Shown: positions 27,007 through 38,504, counted from the first letter of the stretch. The stretch is 54,192 bases of DNA from an uncultured Oscillospiraceae bacterium (GCA_964559965.1 CAZLJV010000001.1:1-54192); one strand, 5' to 3'. Numbers and translations: made by a program. The notes: generated from the letters alone by a model not told the origin.

Positions 27007-28257
27007 ATGCAATATATAATTGCCATCGTTGTGCTAGTTATTTTTTCTGCTTATTTCTCGGCTACGGAGACAGCATTCACCTCTGCCAACAGGATTCGAT
27101 TGAAGAGTTTGGCTGGTGATGGGAATAAAAAAGCGAAGGAAGTTTTAGACCTCTCTGAAAATTACGATACTCTGCTTTCGACTATCTTGGTGGGAAATAA
27201 TATCGTAAATATCGCCATGTCATCACTGGGTACTGTATTCTTTTTGCAGCTGTATCCTAAGTATGGTGCTACGATTGCTACTGCTGTTATTACCGTAGTT
27301 GTACTGATATTTGGTGAAATTTCGCCTAAGAGTGTGGCTAAGGAGAAGGCTGAAAGTTTCGCAATGCTGTCTGCGCCGCTGATTCGTATAATAATGCTGA
27401 TTCTTACGCCTGTAAATTGGCTTTTCGCTCAGTGGAAGAAGCTGCTCGCCAAGGTATTCAATGTGGATGAGAGCAGACCTATAACAGAAGACGAGCTGCT
27501 TACCATCGTTGAAGAGGCTGAAACTGAGGGTGGAATTGATGAGGGTCAGAGTGAACTGATTCAGAACGCTATCGAATTTAACGAGCTTGAGGCCTGGGAC
27601 GTGCTTACGCCTCGTGTAGACATTGAGGCTATAGAGGCTGATGAAGATAAGGAAGAAATCGCTAAGTTGTTTAGAGATACTGGGTTCAGCAGACTGCCGG
27701 TTTACGAAGATGATATGGATAATATTCTCGGCGTGCTGAATCAGAAGGACTTCCACAATTATATAAGAAATACAGATATGCCTGTGTCTGCATATGTTAA
27801 GCCTGTAATTTTTGTAGCTGGTTCTATGAAGATTTCACAGCTGCTTAAGAGACTGCAGACTGCCAAGGCACATATCGCTATCATAGTCGATGAATATGGT
27901 GGAACCAGTGGCCTGGTAACCATGGAAGATATTATCGAAGAATTGATTGGAGAAATTTATGATGAGCATGACGGTGACCAGCTGCAGGACATAGTTCAGC
28001 AGCAGGACGGCTCTTATCGCGTGCTTTGCAGCTCCAGTATTGATAAGATGTTCGACTATTTCGATGTAGATGAGGATATTGACTGCAATACGGTCAACGG
28101 CTGGGTCGTGCTGCAGATTGATAAGCTACCGGCTGTAGGCGACCATTTCACCTACGAGGCGGATTATAAAAAGTTCGATGTTACTGTAATCAAGGCGGAC
28201 GACAGAAAGGCACATGAAATAAACATGACAGTAACTGAATTGGAACAGGAAGAATAG
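27007..28257 (+). CDS. CNNM/CorC-HlyC family protein (DUF21 + CBS pair + CorC_HlyC; 'hemolysin family protein')
   Basis: 416 aa. N-terminal 4-TM DUF21 (SATETAFTSAN, GEISPKS), a central CBS region, and C-terminal GGTSGLVTMEDIIEELIGEI. Confidence 0.85.
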   Translation: MQYIIAIVVLVIFSAYFSATETAFTSANRIRLKSLAGDGNKKAKEVLDLSENYDTLLSTILVGNNIVNIAMSSLGTVFFLQLYPKYGATIATAVITVVVLIFGEISPKSVAKEKAESFAMLSAPLIRIIMLILTPVNWLFAQWKKLLAKVFNVDESRPITEDELLTIVEEAETEGGIDEGQSELIQNAIEFNELEAWDVLTPRVDIEAIEADEDKEEIAKLFRDTGFSRLPVYEDDMDNILGVLNQKDFHNYIRNTDMPVSAYVKPVIFVAGSMKISQLLKRLQTAKAHIAIIVDEYGGTSGLVTMEDIIEELIGEIYDEHDGDQLQDIVQQQDGSYRVLCSSSIDKMFDYFDVDEDIDCNTVNGWVVLQIDKLPAVGDHFTYEADYKKFDVTVIKADDRKAHEINMTVTELEQEE

Positions 28258-28273
28258 AAAGGGGTAAATCAAC

Positions 28274-31075
28274 ATGGGTTTATTAGAAAAAATATTTGGC
28301 GATCTTAATGCAAAGGAAGTAAAGAAACTTTCTGCCCTTGCAGATAAGGTCATCGCATTAGAAGATCAGATAGCGGCGCTGTCTGATGAAGAACTGAAGG
28401 CTAAGACACCTGAATTCAAATCAAGACTTGCTGCTGGTGAGACTTTAGATGATATCATGGTTGAAGCTTATGCAGTATGCCGTGAAGCAGCATGGAGAAG
28501 CGTAGGTATGAAGCACTTTAAGGTGCAGATTATCGGTGGTATTGCTCTTCACCAGGGTCGTATTGCAGAAATGAAGACTGGTGAAGGTAAGACTTTAGTA
28601 GCTACTCTGCCGACATACCTCAATGCCTTAGAAGGTAAGGGTGTGCATGTTGTAACTGTAAATGACTACCTGGCTAAGCGAGATGCTGAGTGGATGGGTA
28701 AGATTTATACTTACATGGGTCTGACTGTAGGCTGCGTAATCCATGAAGTAAATGGTGCAGCAAGAAAGAGAGCTTATCAGGCAGATATCACTTACGGAAC
28801 TAATAATGAATTCGGTTTCGACTATCTGCGTGATAACATGGTAACATATAAGGAAGAACTGCTGCAGCGTCCTCTCAATTTCGCCATCGTGGACGAAGTT
28901 GACTCTATCTTAGTCGATGAAGCCAGAACTCCGCTGATTATCTCTGGCAGAGGCGATAAGTCTACCGACTTATATCAGGTTGCAGACAAGTTTGTTAAGG
29001 GTCTGACTGTAGAAGAAGACTTCACTATTGAAGAAAAAGATAAGAGAGTAGGTCTGACTGAAGAAGGTATCGCTAAGGCCGAAAAATATTTTAATATTGA
29101 AAACTTTGGCGATCCTGAAAACATGGAAATCAACCATCACATTCAGGAAGCATTGAAAGCTCGTAATACGATGAAGCGTGATGTGGACTACATCGTAAAG
29201 GACGGCGAAATCATCATCGTAGATGAATTTACAGGTCGTCTCATGTACGGTCGTCGCTACAGCAACGGTCTGCATCAGGCTATTGAAGCCAAGGAAGGTG
29301 TATTCGTTCGTTCCGAGTCTAAGACGCTGGCTACTATCACATTACAGAATTACTTCAGAATGTATAATAAGCTGGCTGGTATGACAGGTACAGCTAAGAC
29401 AGAAGAGGACGAATTCCGTGACATCTATAACATGGACGTAGTGGTTGTACCTACTAACCGTGAAATTGCCAGAGTCGATGAAGAAGACGAAATCTACGGT
29501 ACTGAAGTGGCTAAGTTTAAGGCTATTGCAAACCGTATAGCAGAAGTTCACGAAACCGGTCAGCCAGTTCTGGTTGGTACAATTTCCATCGAAAATTCCG
29601 AAAAAATAAGCACAATGCTTAAAAAGCGCGGCGTTAAGCACAATGTGCTGAATGCGAAGCAGCATGATAAGGAAGCTGCTATCGTAGCACAGGCTGGTCG
29701 CTTAGGTGCAGTAACTATCGCTACTAACATGGCTGGTCGAGGCACCGACATTATCTTAGGCGGTAATCCAGAATTCGAAGCTAAGAAGGAAATGGAAAAT
29801 CAGGGCTTCACTGAAGAACAGATTTCTTTTGCTACAAGCTATGTGACAAGCGATGATCCTGAAATGATTCGTGCTCGTCAGGTATTCCATGAACTGCACG
29901 AAAAGTTCAAGAAGGAAAGAGCAGAAGAGCAGGAAAAAGTGCGTGAGCTGGGCGGACTTTGCATTATCGGTACAGAAAGACATGAATCACGTCGTATCGA
30001 CAATCAGCTGCGTGGTCGTGCAGGTCGTCAGGGTGACCCTGGTAAGACTCAGTTCTTTATCTCCCTCGAAGATGATCTTATGCGTCTGTTCGGCGGAGAC
30101 AGAATTCAGAACATGATGGAAAAAATCGGCATGGACGAACAGGCGATTGCTGCAGGACTTCTGACTAAGACCATCGAAAATGCTCAGAAGAAGGTAGAAG
30201 GCAGAAACTTCGAAATCAGAAAATATGTGCTGCAGTATGACAATGTTATGAATAAGCAGCGTGAAGTTATCTATGACGAACGCCGTAAGGTTCTTTTTGG
30301 GGACGACCTGAAGGACAATATCATGGGCATGCTGGATACGCTGATTGAAAATATTGTGAAACCTACAACTGTAGAAAGCAAGTTTGCTGAAGAATGGGAT
30401 ATCGCAGCCTTATCTGAAAATCTGAAGAGAATTACTCCTGTATTCCCTGGAATCAGCTATACACAGGAACAGATTCGCAAGCTGACTGCAGATCAGTTAG
30501 AAGATGATGTTAAGAAAATCTTCCGTGATCTTTATGATAAGAAGGAAGCTGAAATCGGTTCAGAACACATGCGTGAAGTTGAACGAATGATCCTGCTCCG
30601 CGTCGTAGATAACCACTGGATGGATCACATTCAGGCTATGGACGAATTAAAGCAGGGTATCGGCCTGCGTTCTCTGGGACAGATTGACCCTGCGGCTGCA
30701 TATGCAAACGAAGGTTTCGACATGTTCGAAGAGATGATTGGCGAAATTCAGCAGGAAACAGTTAAGTACTGCTACAATGTGACTATGCAGACAGATACTA
30801 AGAGAAAGTCCGTTTTAGGTCACGGCGATGCAAGAAAGGAAGAATTCCACGGTGATGCTGCTTCCTTGGCAAAGCGTGGTGCTCAAGGCGGTTCTGCTGC
30901 GGCAGGGGCTGCGGCTGGCGGACAGATGCCAGGTGCTGCACCTGAAGAAACTAAGAAGCAGGAAACCGTTCGCCGTCAGGCACCTAAGATTGGCAGAAAT
31001 GATGACTGTCCTTGCGGTTCCGGAAAGAAGTATAAGAACTGCTGCATGAAGAAAGACTTAGAAAATGAACAATAG
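28274..31075 (+). CDS. secA: preprotein translocase ATPase SecA
   Basis: 933 aa. Motifs [38 protein letters not shown] and the C-terminal zinc-binding [13 protein letters not shown]. Confidence 0.97.
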   Translation: MGLLEKIFGDLNAKEVKKLSALADKVIALEDQIAALSDEELKAKTPEFKSRLAAGETLDDIMVEAYAVCREAAWRSVGMKHFKVQIIGGIALHQGRIAEMKTGEGKTLVATLPTYLNALEGKGVHVVTVNDYLAKRDAEWMGKIYTYMGLTVGCVIHEVNGAARKRAYQADITYGTNNEFGFDYLRDNMVTYKEELLQRPLNFAIVDEVDSILVDEARTPLIISGRGDKSTDLYQVADKFVKGLTVEEDFTIEEKDKRVGLTEEGIAKAEKYFNIENFGDPENMEINHHIQEALKARNTMKRDVDYIVKDGEIIIVDEFTGRLMYGRRYSNGLHQAIEAKEGVFVRSESKTLATITLQNYFRMYNKLAGMTGTAKTEEDEFRDIYNMDVVVVPTNREIARVDEEDEIYGTEVAKFKAIANRIAEVHETGQPVLVGTISIENSEKISTMLKKRGVKHNVLNAKQHDKEAAIVAQAGRLGAVTIATNMAGRGTDIILGGNPEFEAKKEMENQGFTEEQISFATSYVTSDDPEMIRARQVFHELHEKFKKERAEEQEKVRELGGLCIIGTERHESRRIDNQLRGRAGRQGDPGKTQFFISLEDDLMRLFGGDRIQNMMEKIGMDEQAIAAGLLTKTIENAQKKVEGRNFEIRKYVLQYDNVMNKQREVIYDERRKVLFGDDLKDNIMGMLDTLIENIVKPTTVESKFAEEWDIAALSENLKRITPVFPGISYTQEQIRKLTADQLEDDVKKIFRDLYDKKEAEIGSEHMREVERMILLRVVDNHWMDHIQAMDELKQGIGLRSLGQIDPAAAYANEGFDMFEEMIGEIQQETVKYCYNVTMQTDTKRKSVLGHGDARKEEFHGDAASLAKRGAQGGSAAAGAAAGGQMPGAAPEETKKQETVRRQAPKIGRNDDCPCGSGKKYKNCCMKKDLENEQ

Positions 31076-32351
31076 AGAAATTAGAAGATTAACCCCGGAC
31101 GATATGCCGGCGTACATGGAGATTTATCTAAATGCATATCCCGCTGGAAAAGACCTGTCAGATGAGTGTTATGAGAAATACTATAACAGGAATCTGCAGT
31201 CCATGACAGAATATGACCATGTTAATTTCTTTGGGCTGTTTGAAGATGGCCAGCTGATTGCAACCATGAAGCTGATAGATTTCGATATAAATCTGTTCGG
31301 CGAAATGAAAAAAGCGACAGGTCTCATGGCATTAGGCGTTCACCCTTTGCATAAGCGCAAAGGTGCGGCGAGAGATATGGTGAAGTTCTTCGAAAAATAT
31401 ACACAGGAATCAGGCGGAGCAGTGTCTATGCTGCTCCCATTCCGCATGGATTTTTACAAAAAATTAGGCTACGGCTGCGGAACTAAGCTTGATGAGTATC
31501 ATATGCGCACAGAATACCTGCCTAAGTATGACGAAGGCAGTCTTGCCGGCAGCACCGCAGGTAATCTTCGTTTTCTCAGTGAAAATGAAATAGATATGGC
31601 ACTCCAGTGTCACACTGAATTCGTGCATCGAAACCACGGTGCGGTGTGCAAGTTCGAAGAAGAAATCCGAGATTTCTACGAAGATGACGAAGTCAGAAGA
31701 ATCGGCTGCTTTAAGGACGGAAAGCTGCGAGGCTATGTATCATTCACATTCGAAAACACATCAGACTGCAATTATACCCTTAATCGCATGAATGTAAAAG
31801 AACTGGTCTATGAAGATAGCGAAGTGCTCGAAAAGCTACTTGCAGGATTGAGAATGCAGAGCGATTTAGCACAGTCTGTGGTGATTCGCAGCGGCGAACC
31901 AGACTTCTACCATGTCTTAGCAAGCTGTCAGGATATGAGCGGCGGATATATAGATTTCGGATTTTTGCAAACAAACGTGTCCGCAGTAGGCACTATGTAC
32001 AAAATCTGCGATTTCCAACACTTTATTGATGCTGCAGCCCATCGCAAGTTCCCACAGATAAAGCTGACCGCAGGATTTTCTGTGACAGACGATATGACAG
32101 GTGAGATGGAGCTGTTTTCTATCCGCTTCAGCGGCAGATGGGAATACTCTGACCGAGAAGAAGACTACGACACAGCAGATGTGCATGTAGAATGTAAGCG
32201 CTCGGATCTAAGCGTTTTGCTCATGGGCAGTGCAGAGTTCGGTGCACTTGTACGCCTTGGCATCATGAAGGTGGATAGACCCGAGCATGTATCTGCTTTA
32301 GATGTTTTGCTCCATGCTGAACAGAGGCCGTTTACTAATACGGACTACTAA
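31065..32351 (+). CDS. Eis-like GNAT N-acetyltransferase (GNAT + SCP2-like C-terminal region)
   Basis: 428 aa. Acetyl-CoA motif [13 protein letters not shown]. The length and architecture are like the Eis family. Its start overlaps the last 11 nt of secA. Confidence 0.65.
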   Translation: MNNREIRRLTPDDMPAYMEIYLNAYPAGKDLSDECYEKYYNRNLQSMTEYDHVNFFGLFEDGQLIATMKLIDFDINLFGEMKKATGLMALGVHPLHKRKGAARDMVKFFEKYTQESGGAVSMLLPFRMDFYKKLGYGCGTKLDEYHMRTEYLPKYDEGSLAGSTAGNLRFLSENEIDMALQCHTEFVHRNHGAVCKFEEEIRDFYEDDEVRRIGCFKDGKLRGYVSFTFENTSDCNYTLNRMNVKELVYEDSEVLEKLLAGLRMQSDLAQSVVIRSGEPDFYHVLASCQDMSGGYIDFGFLQTNVSAVGTMYKICDFQHFIDAAAHRKFPQIKLTAGFSVTDDMTGEMELFSIRFSGRWEYSDREEDYDTADVHVECKRSDLSVLLMGSAEFGALVRLGIMKVDRPEHVSALDVLLHAEQRPFTNTDY

Positions 32352-32386
32352 TTGCTAATTACTAATTGCAAATTAAAGTTCGCTGG

Positions 32387-33553
32387 TTACTGTGCTTCAA
32401 GAAGATAAATTTTAACAGCCGCAGACAGACATTCATAAAATTCTGCATCTGTGGCCTGCGACATATCTACAAGCTGTCGAATTTTAGTGAGACGGTAGCG
32501 GATAGTATTTGCGTGACAATTGAGGAAATTGGCGGTTTCAGCTAAATCCCCACAGGCACGCACATATTCCGTTGCTGTCTTTTTTAATTCATCTTTATCT
32601 GCCAGAGGTGCCAATACTTTTTCGCTGAAAGCTCGCAGTGCAGGCGTGTCCTTTAATGGCAAAATATACTGAAACGACCCTATTTCCGAGAAATGGATAT
32701 ATGGCTTATCCAGTGCTTTTCTGGCGAGCCAAGTGAAGTAGCTTTCTCGAATGCAGCAGTCCAACGACTGGTATGACGGATGAATCAGGCTGCAGCAAAT
32801 CTGAATATGAGAGTCGCCCAAGGAACAAGTTTCCATAAATTCATGAAGAATCCGCTGAAAAGAATCCCCGTCAGACTGGTCAGAAGTGACAATCACAAAA
32901 AGCCCTTTTTGGTAGCGAGAAATCATCAGCTTTTTTCGCAGATGCTTGTGTAAGTGCATGTTTCGGAATACGCGCTCAATCTGGAAATGCTCGCAATCGT
33001 CCTCGGGATAAAGAAAAGCACCCATCACATTTCGCTTAAAAATCAGTGACACACCACGCTCAATCCTCTCGATCTGCCTGCTGGAAATTCGGCCGTGAAT
33101 CATAGCCTCGATATGCTCTTCCGAAAGGTAGTAGTTGTCCTCCGCATTTATCTCTTCCGTGACCTTGTAAACGATATCTTCGAACACGATATCCCGCCCA
33201 AACATCAATATTGGGAATCCATGTTTCTCAGCAAAATCCGTAACCTCAGGCGGCAGCTCCTTAAAAAGCACATTTTTGAATGCGAAGGCTGCGACTCCGA
33301 AATTATAAAGGGTTTCGACAGCTGGCAGGATTTTTGACGGCTGCCCATAAGCAAAGAGCAGGCTGGAAATAACCAGACTGTCTTTTAGAAAGGCATCTTC
33401 GGAAGCCAGAGTCTGCTCCTTAAAATCATCTATAAATTCATAATCTGCAATTCCAACAGAACACACAGGGCGTTCAAGACCAGAAGCGCCTGCTAAAATT
33501 TCCATTTGATCCAGCGGCTCCAGCCTAAGTACATCTCGCAATTTAAGTGCCAT
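32387..33553 (-). CDS. PucR family transcriptional regulator
   Basis: C-terminal PucR-type HTH (GDLAETANFLNCHANTIRYRLTKIRQL). I place the start at MALKLRDVL; the track ORF has a GTG start at 33586. Confidence 0.8.
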   Translation of the reverse strand: MALKLRDVLRLEPLDQMEILAGASGLERPVCSVGIADYEFIDDFKEQTLASEDAFLKDSLVISSLLFAYGQPSKILPAVETLYNFGVAAFAFKNVLFKELPPEVTDFAEKHGFPILMFGRDIVFEDIVYKVTEEINAEDNYYLSEEHIEAMIHGRISSRQIERIERGVSLIFKRNVMGAFLYPEDDCEHFQIERVFRNMHLHKHLRKKLMISRYQKGLFVIVTSDQSDGDSFQRILHEFMETCSLGDSHIQICCSLIHPSYQSLDCCIRESYFTWLARKALDKPYIHFSEIGSFQYILPLKDTPALRAFSEKVLAPLADKDELKKTATEYVRACGDLAETANFLNCHANTIRYRLTKIRQLVDMSQATDAEFYECLSAAVKIYLLEAQ

Positions 33554-33767
33554 TATGAAAAACCGTCCTTTCCGATAATTAACCACATTTTACTCAATTT
33601 ACAGTTAGAATACAAGAGTGATTCGTCAATTTGTTTTGTAAAAACTAAAAAACAGGCAGGGTAAATTTAGAAAAGTTACAATCATGCAGCTGAGATTTTC
33701 ATTTATAATTAAGATAAGATATAAGAGAAGAAAAAGCAAAAATGCAGAAAGACGAGGAAGAAAATCT

Positions 33768-34940
33768 ATGCGGCATCCATACTTATCTAAGCGTTACTGG
33801 ATAGACCAGAGTACGGCTATGGGACAATCCGATGTTATGGCGAAATCATTCGATGACTGTATAAATTTAAGTCTGGGCGATCCAGACTTAATCACCCATG
33901 ATATTATAATAGACAATGCCTTCGCAGATGCTAAGCGAGGTCATACGAAATATACTGATTTTAGAGGCGATCCGGAGCTGCGTGAGGAAATTTGCAAGTT
34001 CTATGACGAAGAATATGGCATGAAGGTGAAAGATGAAGAAGTATTCGTCTGTGCATCAGCTTGCCTTGGGATGTACTTAGCTCTGGAAGCCATCTTAGAT
34101 GATGGAGACGAAGTAATCCTGCAAGCACCATACTTCACACCATATCCGCAGCAGGTGGAACTGGCCAGAGGAATTCCTGTGGAACTTCCGACTTATGAAG
34201 AGGAAGACTTCCAGATAAACATACAGCGTCTGGAATCCAAGATAACAGAACGCACTAAGGCTATAATAATCAACTCTCCAAGCAATCCTACAGGCAACTG
34301 CCTGACTGTGGAGACCATGCAGGAAATCGCTGCCATCGCTGAGAAATACGATTTAGTAGTAATTGCAGATGATATCTATACATCATTCAGCTACCAGAAT
34401 GATTTCGTACCTTTTGCCAGCCTGCCGGGTATGCAGAAGCGAACCATCATAATCAACTCATTCTCGAAGAATTTCACGATGACAGGCTGGCGAGTGGGAA
34501 ATATCATCGCACCAGATTTCATAATCAGCGTTATACAGCAGATAAACGAAAATGTGGTATTCACGGCACCGTCCATTTCCCAGCGCGGAGCGATTTATGC
34601 ACTGCGACACAGAAAGGAAATACAGCCGCCGATGATTGAAGAATACAGAAAGAGGATGTTTTATGCTGCCGAAAGGGTGAATCAGATACCGAAACTGTCA
34701 GTAATCAGTCCACCGAAAGGCAGCTTCTACCTGTTCATAAACATAAAAGAAACTGGGCTGACAAGCGCAGAGGCCGCAGACCTGTTTCTTCGCAAAGCAC
34801 ATGTGCTGGTGCTCCCTGGCGATGCATTCGGTGCTTGTGGCGAAGGTTATGTGCGAATCGCCTGCACAGTAGGCGTAGATGTGCTGAAAACAGCATTTGA
34901 CAGAATAGCTAAATTGGAGGAAGTAAATTATGAAGATTAA
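33768..34940 (+). CDS. class I/II PLP-dependent aminotransferase
   Basis: 390 aa from MRHPYLSKRYW (RBS GAGGAAG 8 nt upstream; the track ORF starts at 33684). It has the PLP-lysine motif SFSKNFTMTGWRVG and NSPSNPTG. Confidence 0.85.
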   Translation: MRHPYLSKRYWIDQSTAMGQSDVMAKSFDDCINLSLGDPDLITHDIIIDNAFADAKRGHTKYTDFRGDPELREEICKFYDEEYGMKVKDEEVFVCASACLGMYLALEAILDDGDEVILQAPYFTPYPQQVELARGIPVELPTYEEEDFQINIQRLESKITERTKAIIINSPSNPTGNCLTVETMQEIAAIAEKYDLVVIADDIYTSFSYQNDFVPFASLPGMQKRTIIINSFSKNFTMTGWRVGNIIAPDFIISVIQQINENVVFTAPSISQRGAIYALRHRKEIQPPMIEEYRKRMFYAAERVNQIPKLSVISPPKGSFYLFINIKETGLTSAEAADLFLRKAHVLVLPGDAFGACGEGYVRIACTVGVDVLKTAFDRIAKLEEVNYED

Positions 34941-36054
34941 AACTTTTAAAGTAGAACGTTGGATGAACGATTATGAAGATGATGCAGTATACAACTTAGG
35001 TGAAACTTGTATCGACTCACTTAAATTAGGAGAACTTCTGGAATTGTGCGGAGTGAAGGAAGAAGAATTCTATTCCAAACTTTCAGATACACGCCTGACT
35101 TACAGCCATATCTTCGGCTCTCCTGAATACTTAAAGGGCGTAGCAAGCCTGTATGAAAATCTGAAACCGGAATGTGTAGTTCCTACGCATGGTGCTGTAG
35201 GTGCAAACAATCAGATTATTACTACTCTCATCGAACCTACAGATAATATGGTCTGCGTAATGCCTACATATCAGCAGCATTATTCGATTCCGGAATCAAT
35301 AGGTGCAGAAGTGAGGATTTTGCAGCTTCGTCCGGAAAACAACTTTTTGCCTGATATCGAAGAATTAAAGTCCTTAGTCGATGAAAACACTAAGATGATT
35401 ACATTTAACAATCCTAACAATCCGACAGGCTCATGGATTCCGAGAGAGTCAATGGAAGCTATGGTTGAGGTTGCGAAAAGCGTAGGGGCATATGTGCTTT
35501 GCGACGAAGTTTATCGTGGAATTTCGGAAGATGGAAGCTATATGCATTCCGTAGTGGATCTTTATGAAAAGGGAATTTCCGTAGGCTCTATGTCTAAGGT
35601 ATTTTCACTGGCAGGTCTTAGAATGGGCTGGATTGCAACGAGAGATGAGCAGGTGGTTCACATGGTTCACGAAAGAAGAGACTATGATACCATCAGCTGC
35701 GGTGTGATTGACGATATGCTCGCTGGAATGGCTCTGGCGAATAAGGATAAGATATTCGCCAGAAACAGAGAGATTCTTAAAAAGAATCGTGAAATTTTAG
35801 ATCGCTGGGTCAATGAAACTGAGGGTGTTCATTATGTCCGTCCAGTTGCCGGAACTACAGCGCTGGTATATTATGATATTGATATGCCTTCGTATGAACT
35901 CTGCATCCATCTGATTAAGGAAAAGGGACTGCTGTTCACGCCAGGTTCAGCCTTTGAGATGGAGGGAGCTGTACGAATCGGATATGCTTTCGACTCTAAG
36001 CTGCTTCAGGAAGGCTTAGATAAATTCGGTGAATTCTTAAAAGAAAACAGATAA
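34930..36054 (+). CDS. class I/II PLP-dependent aminotransferase (second paralog)
   Basis: 374 aa. Motifs NNPNNPTG and SMSKVFSLAGLRMGW. Overlaps the upstream aminotransferase gene by 11 nt. Confidence 0.85.
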   Translation: MKIKTFKVERWMNDYEDDAVYNLGETCIDSLKLGELLELCGVKEEEFYSKLSDTRLTYSHIFGSPEYLKGVASLYENLKPECVVPTHGAVGANNQIITTLIEPTDNMVCVMPTYQQHYSIPESIGAEVRILQLRPENNFLPDIEELKSLVDENTKMITFNNPNNPTGSWIPRESMEAMVEVAKSVGAYVLCDEVYRGISEDGSYMHSVVDLYEKGISVGSMSKVFSLAGLRMGWIATRDEQVVHMVHERRDYDTISCGVIDDMLAGMALANKDKIFARNREILKKNREILDRWVNETEGVHYVRPVAGTTALVYYDIDMPSYELCIHLIKEKGLLFTPGSAFEMEGAVRIGYAFDSKLLQEGLDKFGEFLKENR

Positions 36055-36071
36055 TAAATCTACCTCTAAAC

Positions 36072-37061
36072 CTATCTGAGCAAAGCTTCTGCATTTAGAT
36101 GGGCAATCTGCTCTTTGGCCGTTTCACTGATAGGTGCATTTTCTAAGAAGGATTTAGCACCTTCATTTCCTATGAATGGGAAATCTACGCTGTGAATAAT
36201 TCGGTCAGCACCAAGCACATCTATGCAGAAGTTCAGCTGTGGTATGTCGAAAATTCCACTTGGTGTTACATATACATTTTGACGGAAAGTTTCCGTTATG
36301 GTTCTGTTCAGCTTAGTAACGGACTGCGGCAGAGCCTGATCTAAGCGTGACAGGAAGAATGGAATCATTTCACCCCAATGACCTGCGATTAGCTGGAGGC
36401 GTGGATATTTTTCGAAAGCTCCAGATAGGATCATGCGCAGGACTTGGATTCCAGTTTCGTGGTGCCAGCCCCAGCCGTAGAGGGCGAGGCGTGCGCTGAG
36501 CTGGTCGCCTAAACCATCATAATAGCATTTTTGTACATCAGTCATAGGTGCTGCAGGATGAATATAAATCGGTGCCTGCAGTGCCTCGGCTGCTTCTAAA
36601 ATCGGTGTAAACTGTTTATCGTCCAGAAATTTATCATCTCCCATTGGGCGGCCAGCTAAGATTGCTCCCTGAAAACCCAACTTGCATATAGCTCTTTCCA
36701 GTTCCTGTGCAGCAGCCTCTGGGTCAGACCAAGGAAGAACTGCCAATGCACCGAAGCGATCGGGATGCAGACTTACAATTTCAGAAAGTTCGTCATTTGA
36801 CGCTTTCACTACAGCGGCAGCTTCACTTTTTGACAAAAGTCCAGAGCATACCGGTGCAGATAAAATCTGTTTAGTGATTCCCCACTTGTCCATATCGGCA
36901 AGGCGAGCATCGATATCACAGAACAGTTTCATATCCGGAAAGTATGGTAAATCTGGGGAGCCGGCACAGCTTGTACGGTCGGCGTCCTCAGATGGATATT
37001 TAGCGAGGGCTTGATTTAGCGTTCTGAGAGAAACATGCTCCTCTAAAGTTATTATTTTCAT
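36072..37061 (-). CDS. amidohydrolase_2 family protein (ACMSD/LigW/LigI-like decarboxylase or lactonase fold)
   Basis: 329 aa. N-terminal KIITLEEHV, internal IYIHP, GHWGE and a C-terminal SVDFPF motif pattern of this family. Confidence 0.7.
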   Translation of the reverse strand: MKIITLEEHVSLRTLNQALAKYPSEDADRTSCAGSPDLPYFPDMKLFCDIDARLADMDKWGITKQILSAPVCSGLLSKSEAAAVVKASNDELSEIVSLHPDRFGALAVLPWSDPEAAAQELERAICKLGFQGAILAGRPMGDDKFLDDKQFTPILEAAEALQAPIYIHPAAPMTDVQKCYYDGLGDQLSARLALYGWGWHHETGIQVLRMILSGAFEKYPRLQLIAGHWGEMIPFFLSRLDQALPQSVTKLNRTITETFRQNVYVTPSGIFDIPQLNFCIDVLGADRIIHSVDFPFIGNEGAKSFLENAPISETAKEQIAHLNAEALLR

Positions 37062-37074
37062 AGTTTATTTCTCC

Positions 37075-38049
37075 TTATAGTTCAGTTCCTTTTACCCAGA
37101 TTTTCTTTATATTGCTAATGTCTGCAATCTGTAAATCAGGTCGTCCGTCAACAAGCAGCATATTTGCAGGCTTACCAGGAGCAATTTGCCCTGAATTTAA
37201 TATGAAAGCATCGGCAGTCTTGCTTGTTGCTGATGCCAGCACTTCTAAAGGTGTAAGTCCTGCTTTTACTAATCTGTTCATTTCATCATGCAGTGTTTCG
37301 CCGTATCCAACAGCAGGGGCGAATGAACCAGGATTAGCATCAGTTGCAGCTAAAATTGTAACGCCGCAATCGTGCAGCAGCTTGACTGCATTTTCGGCAT
37401 TCTGGTAATGTGAAGGCTGATAACCGTTTCGGTCGCTGTGTGCAAAAGTATTCATCATTATAAGGGTAGGAGCTACAGCGATGCCTTTGTCAGATATGGT
37501 TTTAGCTAAGTCCGCAGGAAATGGCTCCTTCATAGGCACATGAAGGAGAATATCCGCATCTGCATCTACAGCCTGCTTAGCTGTAGCGAGCTCTGTAGCA
37601 TGAACTGCTACTTTAAGCCCTTGCTTGTGGGCTGCTTTGACGATTCCGCAAAGCGCTGGTTTTCCTATAGAAAGCGCATTAAACAGAAGGACTTTTATAT
37701 ATTTCGCACCATTTGCGACAGCTTTTTCAACATAGGCAGAAGGGTTCATGACCACACCCATGGCCATCCCACCGGAACTGATAATGTCCAGCTGCTTGGA
37801 GGATTCAATCAGTTCATCTGGCGCACAGACATCACAAGTTGATGTAATGCCGCTTCGCAGCATGGCTTCAACATGGTGCATGTTTCCCATGTGGGTGTGA
37901 GCATCTATTAAACCGGGCATCAAAAAACCTTCTCCGCACTCTGCTGGGTCACACTCCTGCACTGATGTAATTATGCCATCTTCAACTGTAACTGCAGCTC
38001 CGTCCCAGACTTTCTCTCCGTCAAATAAGGGATAATTTAACTTAATCAT
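37075..38049 (-). CDS. metal-dependent amidohydrolase (amidohydrolase_1 family)
   Basis: 324 aa. Motifs PGLIDAHTHMG, VAVHA and ATDAN. Confidence 0.75.
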   Translation of the reverse strand: MIKLNYPLFDGEKVWDGAAVTVEDGIITSVQECDPAECGEGFLMPGLIDAHTHMGNMHHVEAMLRSGITSTCDVCAPDELIESSKQLDIISSGGMAMGVVMNPSAYVEKAVANGAKYIKVLLFNALSIGKPALCGIVKAAHKQGLKVAVHATELATAKQAVDADADILLHVPMKEPFPADLAKTISDKGIAVAPTLIMMNTFAHSDRNGYQPSHYQNAENAVKLLHDCGVTILAATDANPGSFAPAVGYGETLHDEMNRLVKAGLTPLEVLASATSKTADAFILNSGQIAPGKPANMLLVDGRPDLQIADISNIKKIWVKGTEL

Positions 38050-38473
38050 GGTTCTTCTCCACGCTTACCAGCTGACTGTGCTTCATTACTACGCCGAACC
38101 AGTTGCTGAGAACCAGATAATTGGCGCGAACCGTTACAGTGTCACCGACGGAGACTTTGGTATAATGGTCGTCAGTAGGGAAGATGGTCAGGGCATAAGT
38201 CTGACCGCCTGCGCAGTCGGAAATTTCGATGGAAGGTTTGTTATGTACATCTGGTCCGACTTTGACAGCGACGCCGGTTACTTCGAAACGCTTATCCTCG
38301 TAGATTGCTAAAGCACCCTGTAAGTCAGAGTTAAATGTTTGATACAGTGACTTAACATCAAATGGTGCGTCCTGAGGCAGGATAGGCATAGGAGTGGTTT
38401 CGATTTTATGTGTCTTCTCGTCAGAAGGATGTTTAGGATAAAAAGTTAAAGGTTCTTTCTTGTGTTCGTTCAT
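38042..38473 (-). CDS. hypothetical protein, possible OB-fold (tRNA_anti-like) domain
   Basis: 143 aa. The pattern SLYQTFNSDLQGALAIYEDKRFEVTGVAVKV ... VGDTVTVRANY resembles the tRNA_anti-like OB-fold family. No signal peptide is evident. Overlaps the downstream amidohydrolase gene by 8 nt. Confidence 0.4.
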   Translation of the reverse strand: MNEHKKEPLTFYPKHPSDEKTHKIETTPMPILPQDAPFDVKSLYQTFNSDLQGALAIYEDKRFEVTGVAVKVGPDVHNKPSIEISDCAGGQTYALTIFPTDDHYTKVSVGDTVTVRANYLVLSNWFGVVMKHSQLVSVEKNHD

Positions 38474-38504
38474 TTGTAAGTCTCCTTTTTTAGAGTAATA
38501 TTTT

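Noticed and set aside
27223-27756. 177-aa minus-strand ORF inside the CNNM-family gene
   Set aside because: It is a shadow ORF opposite a gene with clear DUF21/CBS motifs, and there is no independent support.
30880-30960. Ala/Gly-rich low-complexity stretch in SecA ([24 protein letters not shown])
   Set aside because: A flexible linker before the C-terminal zinc-binding peptide is a normal feature of SecA. At the nucleotide level it is not a repeat.
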